The position numbers and the translations under genes were made by a program. Below the pieces are notes generated by a model. The model had not been told where the DNA came from, did no database searches, and was given only the letters and a program-made list of their open reading frames with translations. 64,000 bases of DNA from Selaginella moellendorffii (lineage: Eukaryota > Plantae > Lycopodiophyta), in assembly GCF_000143415.4 (NCBI RefSeq), contig NW_003314263.1, positions 4,012,500 through 4,076,499 on the forward strand, read 5' to 3'. Shown here one piece after another: positions 37,869 through 49,520 of the stretch. Position 1 is the stretch's first letter, and each line of letters starts with the position of its first letter.

Positions 37869-38695
37869 GNNNNNNNNNNNNNNNNNNNNNNNNNNNNNNN
37901 NNNNNNNNNNNNNNNNNNNNNNNNNNNNNNNNNNNNNNNNNNNNNNNNNNNNNNNNNNNNNNNNNNNNNNNNNNNNNNNNNNNNNNNNNNNNNNNNNNNN
38001 NNNNNNNNNNNNNNNNNNNNNNNNNNNNNNNNNNNNNNNNNNNNNNNNNNNNNNNNNNNNNNNNNNNNNNNNNNNNNNNNNNNNNNNNNNNNNNNNNNNN
38101 NNNNNNNNNNNNNNNNNNNNNNNNNNNNNNNNNNNNNNNNNNNNNNNNNNNNNNNNNNNNNNNNNNNNNNNNNNNNNNNNNNNNNNNNNNNNNNNNNNNN
38201 NNNNNNNNNNNNNNNNNNNNNNNNNNNNNNNNNNNNNNNNNNNNNNNNNNNNNNNNNNNNNNNNNNNNNNNNNNNNNNNNNNNNNNNNNNNNNNNNNNNN
38301 NNNNNNNNNNNNNNNNNNNNNNNNNNNNNNNNNNNNNNNNNNNNNNNNNNNNNNNNNNNNNNNNNNNNNNNNNNNNNNNNNNNNNNNNNNNNNNNNNNNN
38401 NNNNNNNNNNNNNNNNNNNNNNNNNNNNNNNNNNNNNNNNNNNNNAGAAAAGAACACGGCGCACAAAAATGATAGACCTAGAAATGAGTTCGAGAATTCA
38501 AAAATAACACACGCTTGAACGTCACATCAAATCCTCTGACAAACCAGATTTTATGATTCCTCTGACAAATTTCAAACTGAGTAGCTTCTAGACTTTGCTG
38601 TCGGAGGTTGAACTTTGTCACATCATGTCCTTGCCTCGATCCAGCTGTGCCATGTCAGTGATTCGAACTTTGCCATGCCATGTCAGCGATCCGCG

Positions 38696-40552
38696 CCAAG
38701 ATTATTCGCCGTGTAAAGGAATAATTATGCTGTGTGTGTACGTCCATTTATGGCAATATAATGCCACATGCCATTCAAAGAATAATGCTAGTCGAGCATC
38801 TTTTGGTGCATTTTTGGGTTCAAAATTGCATGAGCCCACACGCTATAAAGTTTACCTATACCAAAAATAGAAACAGCTTTATTTACTTGGGAATTTATAT
38901 GGTTGAGGCATTTTTAAACTTACAAACACATGCCCTACTTACATTCCTTTGGTTGCTTAAAATTCAAAAATATTATAAACCTTTCTTTTTGCATTTTCAA
39001 TGTTTTCAATTATGGTTTTTGATTTTCGCAGGACCAGCCTAGTAATCTATTTGCATCCCGTCATGTTTATAGCTAGCTTTCGTTTGTCCCCTTCGCTAGC
39101 CTGAGATACATCTGCTCGGCATCTGCCTCTTACAGCATTTGCCCAGAAAGGGCATCTTTCTTCACGCAGCATTTGCCACATGTTTAGGGTTAGGGTTTAG
39201 AGTTTAGGGTTTAGCAATTCAGTAGCTTGATAAACATGCAAATACAGAACTTGATGCAAAATCCTTTGATATGTCACAATGCCCCTAGGACCATAAACAC
39301 ATTTCAATAGAGAGGGTCCTTTCATTTCATAACTCCTTTCGTAGATCTTGGTGAAACCAGAGTTAGTGAAGTTGGTTTCTTGTGATCCCGCATCTGATTG
39401 TGATGTCCCTTTGCAGTGTCGATGGAAAGGTCAATGCACACCAAACTGTAGAATCTTGGAGCAAAATAACGGTCGGATCTATGGCAAATGCCCCTGAAAC
39501 ATTGTAAGGCTCGTGTGGTCTCATGTGGTGTCCGATCGAGATGCTTCTTTGCAAGGTCATCAAGAAGGACATTGTATACCATTTTGTAAAATCTGGTTGC
39601 GATCTAACGGTTGGATCTCCAGGAAACTCAAAACAATCTCGCGCGTGTCAAAATATTCTAGGAATATACTCCTATGTGCTCCAAGATTATTCGCCGTGTA
39701 AAGGAATAATTATGCTGTGTCATTTATGGCAATATAAGGCCACACGCCATTCAAAGAATAATGCTAGTCGAGCATTTTTTGGTGCATTTTTGGGTTCAAA
39801 ATTGCATGAGCCCACACGCTATAAAGTTTACCTGTACCAAAAATAGAAACAGCTTTATTTACTTGGGAATATAAGTGGTTGAGGCATTTTTAAACTTACA
39901 AACACATGCCCTACTTACATTCCTTTGGTTGCTTACATTCCTTTGGTTGCTAGCTTTCGTTTGTCCCCTTCACTAGCCTGAGATACATCTGCTCGGCATC
40001 TGCCTCTTACAGCATTTGCCCAGAAAGGGCATCTTTCTTCACGCAGCATTTGCCACATGTTTAGGGTTTAGGGTTTAGGGTTTAGCAATTCAGTAGCTTG
40101 ATAAACATGCAAATACAGAACTTGATGCAAAATCCTTGGATATGTCACAATGCCCCTAGGACCATAAACACATTTCAATAGAGAGGGTCCTTTCATTTCA
40201 TAACTCCTTACGTAGATCTTGGTGAAACTAGAGTTAGTGAAGTTGGTTTCTTGTGATCCCGCATCTGATTGTGATGTCCCTTTGCAGTGTCGATGGAAAG
40301 GTCAATGCACACCAAACTGTAGAATCTTGGAGCAAAATAACGGTCGGATCTATAGCAAATGCCCCTGAAACATTGTAAGGCTCGTGTGGTCTCATGTGGT
40401 GTCCGATCGAGATGCTTCTTTGCAGGGTCATCAAGAAGGACATTGTATACCATTCTGTAAAATCTAGTTGCGATCTAACGGTTGGATCTCCAGGAAACTC
40501 AAAACAATCTCGCGCGTGTCAGAATATTCTAGGAATATACTCCTATGTGCTC
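38696..40552. repeat. ~0.9-1 kb tandem duplication inside the transposon, each unit carrying a TTTAGGG tract
   Basis: Units start ccaagattattcgccgtg at ~38696 and 39681. Telomeric tracts lie at ~39183-39213 and ~40059-40084. Confidence 0.9.
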
Positions 40553-40987
40553 CTGAAAATGGCATGCGGCCCCACGCCATTCAAGAGATAACGCCAGATG
40601 ACGCCGAGCATTTTTTGGTGCATTTTTTGGGATCAAAATTGCATGAGCCCACATGCTTGAACGTCACATCAAATCCTCTGACAATTTATTTAGCTGAACA
40701 TCTGGCATTTTTGGAAATACAAGATGCTTTGGAATATCCAATCATGCATGGTATAAATATAGCGAGGGTATTAAATGATATCCCAATCATGATCTTTCTT
40801 TTGGATTTCGCGTGCATGCAGTCAGAGGAATGATGACGTTGCGGATTTCTTTTGGATTTCATGCATGCGCGCGCCGATCCAGAAATTAATGGTGGCGCCC
40901 AAGTCCGAGAAATGATGACGTGGCGGGATTACCAACCGTTGTGACATTTCGCGCGTGTGAGGTTAGGTTTTGCATTTTGCTTCATAC

Positions 40988-41225
40988 TCGCGCTCGCACA
41001 CTCGCGCTCGCATCGCGCTCCCACTCGCGCTCGCACACTCGCGCTCGCATCGCGCTCCCACTCGCGCTCGCATCGCGCTCCCACTCGCGCTCGCATCGCG
41101 CTCCCACTCGCGCTCCCACTTCTCTACAGGTTTCTCGTGTGCATCGGCGTCCACTCGCGCTTGCATCACACTCGCGCTTGCATCACACTCGCGCTCGCAT
41201 CGCGCTTGCATCGCGCTCGTGTGCA
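40988..41225. repeat. CpG-rich minisatellite (ctcgcgctcgcatcgcgctcccac-like) upstream of the cargo gene
   Basis: Tandem degenerate units rich in CGCG in the divergent intergenic region. Confidence 0.85.
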
Positions 41226-41438
41226 TCGGCGTCCACTTCAAGACACACCCAGTTTGTAACTTCGCCGCCAACTCCGCTGCCCACTCTGCCACCCACACGC
41301 AGCCCACTTGGCATCCCGGGAGATTTCAGCGCCACTCTCCAACTGTAAGTGGCAGAGTAGCCTTGCTGCTACGCTCCGCTGCACACACAGTGCACATTCG
41401 CCAGCGAGTCCGGTTGTCACGCCTCCATTCGGCTTCAA

Positions 41439-44400
41439 ATGGTAAGTCTTTTAGGCCAAGTAGAAAATGGCATGAGGCCACATGCCATTTAGTAGCAACA
41501 TTGGCATGCACCGATTGGGCTCTCGAGTGCAGTCCGGTTACAGATGGCGTGTAGCCTCACGCCATCTTAGGATGCAGCCTCAAGACATCTGATGCAGTGG
41601 TGAATGGCGTGTGGCCTCACATTATTTCCAGCTACTAGCTTTTCATCTGTCAGCTCTAATTGTTGTGCATTTCTGAACAGGCGAGGAATTGCGTTCTTCT
41701 TCCAGCCACTGTCAATGTGGATGCAGAGAAGGGGGAGGAGCTCACCAGTTGGACTTTCGGGATGGAAGGCGAGGATCTGAGGCTGTACAACACAGATGGT
41801 GGGAGAAAAGAATGCATGGGGATCCTCATCCAAGTGACAGACACTCCATGCAGTTCCATGCAAGAATATGGACTGGCACTTGTGGTAGAGACAGCGTCTG
41901 CCTTCAAGATCCACCTTGCACATCCTAGCGGCTTCCCGGAGGGGGGCAGCGGCTATGAGGAATTCCTAGAGGGAGCTAGGGAGAGGTTGTCCAGGAGGCC
42001 CACAATTTCAAAGACGCTGCGGGTCTATGAAGATCACATGGAATCCACGGACCTCACCTACGGCGATGTTCAAAAACTATATTCCAACATTGAGCCATTG
42101 AGAGTGACTCCAGTTCGCGAAGCAAAGGGGAAGGGGGTCGATCTGGAAACTACCTCGAAGCAGAAAAGGGTGGTCAAGCTCAAGCCGACGTCCGACTCTC
42201 CTGCTCCAAAAAAGAAGCTACTCAATGATGCCATTGCCTCGGGTTCGAACACTACACCCACCAAAAAGAAGAGCCGCAAAGAGCAGAAAGAACAAGAAGA
42301 GGCAGCAAAAATCANNNNNNNNNNNNNNNNNNNNNNNNNNNNNNNNNNNNNNNNNNNNNNNNNNNNNNNNNNNNNNNNNNNNNNNNNNNNNNNNNNNNNN
42401 NNNNNNNNNNNNNNNNNNNNNNNNNNNNNNNNNNNNNNNNNNNNNNNNNNNNNNNNNNNNNNNNNNNNNNNNNNNNNNNNNNNNNNNNNNNNNNNNNNNN
42501 NNNNNNNNNNNNNNNNNNNNNNNNNNNNNNNNNNNNNNNNNNNNNNNNNNNNNNNNNNNNNNNNNNNNNNNNNNNNNNNNNNNNNNNNNNNNNNNNNNNN
42601 NNNNNNNNNNNNNNNNNNNNNNNNNNNNNNNNNNNNNNNNNNNNNNNNNNNNNNNNNNNNNNNNNNNNNNNNNNNNNNNNNNNNNNNNNNNNNNNNNNNN
42701 NNNNNNNNNNNNNNNNNNNNNNNNNNNNNNNNNNNNNNNNNNNNNNNNNNNNNNNNNNNNNNNNNNNNNNNNNNNNNNNNNNNNNNNNNNNNNNNNNNNN
42801 NNNNNNNNNNNNNNNNNNNNNNNNNNNNNNNNNNNNNNNNNNNNNNNNNNNNNNNNNNNNNNNNNNNNNNNNNNNNNNNNNNNNNNNNNNNNNNNNNNNN
42901 NNNNNNNNNNNNNNNNNNNNNNNNNNNNNNNNNNNNNNNNNNNNNNNNNNNNNNNNNNNNNNNNNNNNNNNNNNNNNNNNNNNNNNNNNNNNNNNNNNNN
43001 NNNNNNNNNNNNNNNNNNNNNNNNNNNNNNNNNNNNNNNNNNNNNNNNNNNNNNNNNNNNNNNNNNNNNNNNNNNNNNNNNNNNNNNNNNNNNNNNNNNN
43101 NNNNNNNTTCAACAAGACCAAAATGACTCCCGGCCATATTGTGACATACGAGGACTTGTGCACGACTCTGAGAGCTCGTGCGCTATTGAAGGATTGGATC
43201 TTCGAGCAAGTGGCCATGGAGAGGGTGAGCATCGACACCACGCAAGAGATGATGGAAGCGCTGGAGTTGTCAAATGAAGACATCGACGAGTACGTGAAGG
43301 GGGCCCCCAAGTTCATCGATCTGCTGCGGGATGCCACGAAAAGTAAAGCTGAGAAGTTGGATCAGTATCCAAATTTCATTAAGATTGATGTCGACCGCCG
43401 GCTTCAGAAACAGCTCGACCCCGCAGCAGAGGCCTATCGAGAACCTTACCGGGTATACTTGAATTCGGATGAGGATCAAAGGTGGAGGAGCATCGTTTCC
43501 CGCGGAGATGAGCAGGTCAAGAACATCTTTTGTGTGATGGACTTCACAAACGAGGAGATCACTCATGCAGACGAAGTCAGCTCCATCATTGACTTAATGG
43601 TGGGACTTGCGGAGGTGGAATCTTCAGTCCACTATATGATCTACGACTCCGAATCCTATCACAAGTTCTGGAAGGCCTTGAACGAGGTGAAGGCTCGGTT
43701 GAAAGGCAAGGAGATGCGGGAGATCCATGGGATAATGGCTAAGAAGAAGATACCGACGAATGTCCGCATCTTCACACTCGCCCTTGTTATTGGTCCTGCA
43801 GCAGAGTGGGACTGGAGTGACTTCCCAGCTTCGTTCGACAAGGCCAATCGAATTGATCTGAGGGAGGTCAATTTACCCGTGCCTGAGGAACTGAAGACGG
43901 CTATGGAGCTTTCGAATCCAAAGAAAGCTCCAGGTGCAGCATGGGAAATGCTCAGCTGGGTCTTCAACGCAATAGCGGGTGGGTCACCTGCTTCCGACTC
44001 CAAGGGCAAATGCGTTGTCGAGTACAACTGCGGCGGACTATTCTTTCGAGCCGCACTACTCAAGGGTGTCCCGTGTGTTGCGGTGACAAACTCCATTGAA
44101 GAGGTGACTTCAATGGAGCATATAATTACAGTTGCCAAAGAAAAACAGTATCTTCTCTGCGAACCTGGTGAGTACGCACTTTAAGTTTAAATGTTATCTC
44201 ACAAGCTCTGTATGCAGGAGCGTGGCCACCCCCAGATGCTGAAACGGCGTTAACAGCTACTGTTGAAGATACCCATGTTGGGCCGAGCTCACAACCTGCA
44301 CAAGGTAAGGTCACGTGAGGCCTCACGCCATTTTGATTATAGATCGTTGTGAATATTCAGACACGAGGACTGAAAAGCGCACTGGTGGCGCATCGAAGAA

Positions 44401-47005
44401 GGACAAACAGAAAAGCAATAGGAAAAAAGGAGGTACAAATTATATTTGCAATGGCGTGTGGTCTCATGCCATTTCTTGCAGGAGAAACTTCTTCAAAGGC
44501 AAAACAGGCAAGCACCAGCCAAGCTCAAACTGACAGTGGTCATAAAAAGCGAAAGCACGTTGGACAGTCGTCGAGATCAGAGGCGTTTGATTCGAAAAGG
44601 AAGAAGGGCAACGAAAAGATGATAGGTAATGCCTCGCGGTTATGGCGTGTGTGCTCATGCCATTCATTGCAGATCAAGGGCTGAGTGAAAGCAGGCAGTC
44701 ACCACCTCATGACTCAGATTCCTATGGCAGACTCCCCTTCCCCAATCTCAATGGAGAGGTACAATGGATGAGGGAAGCTTTTCAAGTCAGGGCCACGTTT
44801 TTCTCATCTTGTCATCTTTGAAGGGTGCAAGAACGTGCAGAAACCATGTTAAGACAGTCGGGTGAGGATACGGTCCTAGGTCACGCACTAAAACAAGCTA
44901 TGGATGTCTTGTATTTTGAGATGGAGACTCGGCCAGATGATTTTCCCAAGATGGTCCTGGAAGAACAAGCCATCCAGCCTGAGCAGCCTATGGAAGAAAT
45001 GCAGGAGGGGGATGAGGAGCCAGAGAAAGATAATGAGCAAGAAGAGCAGAAGGACGAAGAGGAGGACAAAGAAGAGGAGGACAAAGAAGAGGAGGACAAA
45101 GAAGAGGAGGACGAAGAGGACTTGGATGGTCCTCACAATGGTGACGATCACAATAACGACGACGACGATGATGACGACGATGGCCAGCCTGAGGTGGCCA
45201 AAGAGCGGCGGAGGAAGGTCATACAAGACAAACCATCAGGTAAATAATAATACATCCATTCCTAACCTTTTACCATTTCTAACATTGTCCATGTAGGTCG
45301 CAGAGCAAATGGTAAGTAGAGATTATTCAGTTGAATTTACAAACTCTAGCCTTTAGTGTCGAGGAAGGATAGTGCCAAGCAAGGGTCGAAACGTATGTCC
45401 AATCCTTCAGAATCAGCAGTGCGCTCAAGTGATATCGGTCCTAGTTCCTCAATAGCAGTTGATGGTAAATACAGTATAGTCGATTCAATGTGCTAATGAG
45501 TTTGTTTTTAGTAGCACGGGAGGATACCATCTCAATCGAAGGGAGATATTTGGACATGCATATGGATCCGCCAGTGGACTCTACTTGGCTGCAAGAGTCA
45601 TCAGAGCTGGTGGAGGCTACTATCCATATCAACGCCAAGCAAGCTGACCACGCTCCACTTGATGCTGCCCATACCACTGAGTCAATCTTGTCCACGTATC
45701 CAACTGACAGTGACCAGGCGCCATTGGACCCACATGAGGCCGCCCCAGCCACCGAGCCGGTCGTATCCTCATTTCCAACGGACTCAACGTGTGCCCAATC
45801 GTCTGACTACGCGCCGTTGGAACCTCCCTACACCGCCCCTGCTGCCTGTTCGGTCATGTCCACTTTGCCAACGGAGGCACCAGCTGAAATGGCGTGTGAT
45901 CACACGCCATCGGAACCACCCCATGCCACTGTTGAGCCAGTTGTACCAGAGTCTACAGCTGAAATGGCATGTGCCCACACGCCATCGGATGCGATTGACC
46001 CCACATTGCAGAGGAGAGTATTTCCGCCCTTCACGTTTCCTCGACCAAAACCCTCTCAACGACCATCGGGAGCAACATTCGCTAATATTGTAGATGGTAA
46101 AATTGACTTGTACCATTTTTTATGCTGACGCATTTCATTTCAGACTCACGGCGAAGGTACTGTATCGTTTTTGATCTGAACGGTGTCCTTTTCTCCCATG
46201 AGCGTGGCTCGTCCTCGAATGTCATTGCACCCTCCAAAGCCTGCGGTCGCAAGTTGGTCAAAAGAGACAGATTCACATTAATCACACGGGAGAACTGCGG
46301 GATCTAATAATGACCATGCGACACTTAAAACAGAGGGCCGGGTTCAATTTGCAATTGGGAGTTTGGACATCCATGATGCGCCACAATGCATTAACGTTGC
46401 TACAGATGATGCACGATCAGACGCGAGTAATATTACCATTTGACTTTCTCCTAACGCAGGAGGATTGCTTGACTATGGTCCATGTGAGGGGTAGCAAGCC
46501 CATCTTCGTCAAGCCAGAGGCTGTAGTGATGAACCGGACTGCTAGCTCAAGTGAAATCCTCATCATCGATGACTCGCCGATTAAAACTGCAGCGAACACG
46601 CACACATATGCAGTGCACCCCATCTCTTGCAGTATGGAAACTAGGGAGAAGAAACCGTATGTTCTGGGGGACCTTGCAAAACGGCTTGGAGCGATGGTGA
46701 TAGAGAACCGGCCAGTCCAGGAGGTGGCTGCAGAAATCAACCAAATGGCAGATGGAACGGTATATCAGAAGCCATTTGATCGGACAGACACCAGTCATCA
46801 TTTATGGCATGTATATTGTCTAGCCAAGCACTATCCGCATCTCCATAATCTGCTCAACCGGATGGGTTCTTCGACCACTAAACATGAGCGTGGACGTATT
46901 AGAGAAGAGATGGCATTACTATTGGGTTTAAATCCTGATAGTGTGGAGAGTGATGAAATTCCAAGATTATTGTATAGGCGTTGGAGGCAAAAAATAACAG
47001 TCTGA
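41439..47005 (+). CDS. Large multi-exon transposon cargo gene (unknown N-terminal domain, gap, possible MTase-like fold, acidic and Pro/Thr-rich linkers, FCP1/NIF HAD domain)
   Basis: ATG|GT at 41439 is spliced in frame to 41681. Introns 44168-44217, 44305-44360, 44433-44481, 44626-44672 and 46097-46143 keep the frame by eye. Junctions around 44760-45510 were not resolved. Gap at 42315-43107. Confidence 0.6.
46144..47005 (+). CDS. FCP1/NIF-like HAD phosphatase domain (terminal exon), single-base frameshift at ~46300
   Basis: CIVFDLNGVL (motif I), LGVWTS (motif II), FDFLLTQEDC, KPIFVK, ILIIDDSPIK (motif IV). Adding one G to the run at ~46298-46301 joins the two ORFs. Confidence 0.7.
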
Positions 47006-48428
47006 GATGGCATGTATTTATTTAAAAATGTAACTTATTATGGCATGGTGTTCCATGCCATTGTATTAATATTAAAAGACAATTCTTTGAGAGGATTTGC
47101 ATTATACTAGAAGTGTTACAGCATGTTATTGGAAGTCTACGAAGTTGTTTTATTAATAATGGGAAAGTAAAGATTGAATGGGGACTTGGGCTCCACCTAG
47201 ACTCGGAGCAACTGAGCCAATATTAAAAGGATGGAAAGAAATTGGATGACGATGACAAGGAGAAGAGAGAGGTGAAGCAGTGGCAGGGGGAGGAGAAGTG
47301 ATTGAGTAGATATTTCCTTGTTTAAAATAAAATGGCATGTGCTTCAATGCAGTTGAATTTTGTTATATTTATATACTATATAAAGGTTTGGAAACCTTAT
47401 TTTACAAGTGGGATAATGACAATTCCCACTTTAACGAAATAGAGCTTTTTGGCCCTTCACCAAAAAGCCAATGTGGATCTTCCTCTCACAATCTTGCAGT
47501 GTTGTGCCTAGGCCGGATTACCAACAAACTTTGCTTGAACATGAGTCTCTAAGGTTGGTTACTTGGTTGATCAATGGCATAATAGGTTGGAGCTTGAGAG
47601 TCATTACTTTAGCATAGACCTTGTAGGATGTGTTGAGCATAATGATCGCTCTTCAATTCCTCAACTCTTGCAAGTCTCCTTTCAGTTCCTCAACTCTTGC
47701 AATCTAGCCCTCAAGAATTTTGTGAGGCATGGTCCCATCACACTGAGCATCCCACCACACTTGCAACAGCAATGGGCCTATAGTTTCCTAGTGCTCCTCA
47801 AAAAAAGCAGGTAAGAGGCCATCAATGTCTAGCTGCTTGTCATTACTAAACTTCCCAAGTGCTTCCTGAAGCTCCTCCAATGTGAAGTCCATCCTTAGTA
47901 GGTCATGCCACTCGAGAGGGACACACCAGAGGAGGGATGCTAGCACTTCCTCTACTGCCCTTTCCCTTCCTAGAGTCCACTGCTGGGCCATGTATAGTGC
48001 TTGGTAGAACTTCTAGGCGAGCTGTTACATCCCTTGTTGATCCACAATGACCCTCCCATCTATGTGTTGCAGTCCTAGGATGGGAGGAGAGTCAATCACC
48101 AACCTGATTCCCTTATAGAAGGGCTTGCTGAGAAGGTGTTTGTTTAGGGCCCATCCATCTTCCATGGCTTGGATGCCCTTGCTCCATGCAGCATACTCCA
48201 GGTGAAGCTAAGCCATGTTTTAAGGCTTCCACCATCCTGCTATATGCAAGTTTAGGCTTACACCCGGTCCAGTCTCAACTGGGAGGTCATTGTCTTACCA
48301 CCTCATGAAAGGGTGAGTATGAGGTGCGAACCCTGCTGCATGTTAGATTGCAGGAAAAAATTTAGCCACACAAGTGGGAGCATTGGAGTCAGCCCATGGA
48401 TGTATTGGGGATCATGGACCTCCAACAA

Positions 48429-48473
48429 GTTTAGGGTTTAGGGTTTAGGATTTGAATTTCACACATTTAGGGT
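48429..48473 (+). repeat. Telomere-like TTTAGGG tract at the LINE 5' boundary
   Basis: gtttagggtttagggtttagga...tttaggg. Confidence 0.8.
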
Positions 48474-48794
48474 CAAAGACACCCCGCGGTGCTGTGATCC
48501 AGCGAGATCCATCTTTCTAGATTCTCTTTGGACGACCATGCACGATGTCTCACTTTGAAGATGATCAAGAAGGGAGGATTTTTGGATCTAGTGGCAAGGA
48601 CTACTGCCACAATTGGGACTAGTAGCCAACAGAATCAATTCGACGGTACACGCATGGGGGCTCCATACATCTCTCCTCCAACGCCTGCTTTGGAGTTTGC
48701 TCCCTTAGGAGGAGGTTCATGCCCTTTCCTAGTTCCTATGGTAGGGGCTAGGACTCATTCAAAGATGAGTTAGCACACTTGTATTGTGTGGGAG

Positions 48795-49520
48795 GCAATC
48801 TTGGGTCCTTCTCGGACTCCATCTCGGTCCATCTCGGACTCCATCTTGGGTCCATCTCAGACTCCATCTCAAACTCCATCTCAGGTCTATCTCGGACTCC
48901 ATCTCGGACTCTACCATGTGTCATATGTTGGTCCTTTTGTGTCCCTTTTCTAGAGACTCACTTATTGCTTGCTTCATGCTTGTCCTTTGAGCACTTCATT
49001 GGGAGTTCCACTCCCGTTCTCGACCTTTCAAATCGGAGCGTTTAGTCTAAATGTGTTATGCTCGTTTGGTTTTCGATTTAGCCACTACCACATGGCACCC
49101 TTCCAGCTCCACTTTGGGGCCTAGGGATTTTGTGTCTCATAGGCGGTTCCTCATGTCTGCAGGCATCTTAAGGATGCTAAGGAATGGATCTTGGATGGTC
49201 ACTTCTGGACAGATGGCCTAGTCGTTGAGAGACGGGACTGGGATGCAGGTGGTGTTGGACCACATGTGTAACCAAGGTGAAGGGGCATGGCCTTAGCGTA
49301 ATGGGCTAGTATGTTGGTGGTACCTTGGGGTGTTGGTCTTGGGACCGGACACGTGGAGCACTTGGACCAAGTGCAAAAGATGAGTGGCATGGATGCCATT
49401 CTCGGGGCTAGCAAGTCCCAAGTCCTGAATTGGACTTAAGGAGGTTGTGAATGAGACTCCTCCAAGTGGTCAGAGGTGTGGTTAAGTGACTAAGTAGAAT
49501 GGAAAAATTAGTCGCTTACA
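48795..49520. mobile_element. Two opposite-orientation partial LTRs of the LARD family (48795-49141 minus, ~49147-49520 plus)
   Basis: The first piece ends with the LTR terminus tgtgtctcata. The second ends gtcgcttaca and abuts chromovirus gag. Confidence 0.8.

Larger units (their letters stand above)
34969..47447. mobile_element. 12.5-kb TIR DNA transposon (Sola-like) with cargo; 24-bp perfect TIRs, 4-bp TSD TTTG
   Basis: AAGCTCTATTTCGTTAAAGTGGGA at 34969-34992 and its reverse complement at 47424-47447. TTTG at 34965-34968 and 47448-47451. Excision restores the LINE sequence. Confidence 0.92.
24797..48428 (-). mobile_element. Second copy of the L1-clade LINE in pieces (25105-26679, 34770-34968, 47448-48428) plus an extra tandem 3' end (24797-~25100)
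   Basis: The pieces are the reverse complement of the 14506-17580 LINE, and the junctions rejoin exactly across both nested insertions. About 1 kb of RT core is deleted at ~47565. Confidence 0.85.

Noticed and set aside
37807-38518. ORFs spanning N runs (also 42070-43337)
   Set aside because: Artefacts of assembly gaps 37870-38445 and 42315-43107.
39322-40453. Duplicated 81-86 aa ORFs in the transposon's tandem repeat
   Set aside because: Their identity is explained by the recent DNA duplication, and there is no motif evidence for coding.
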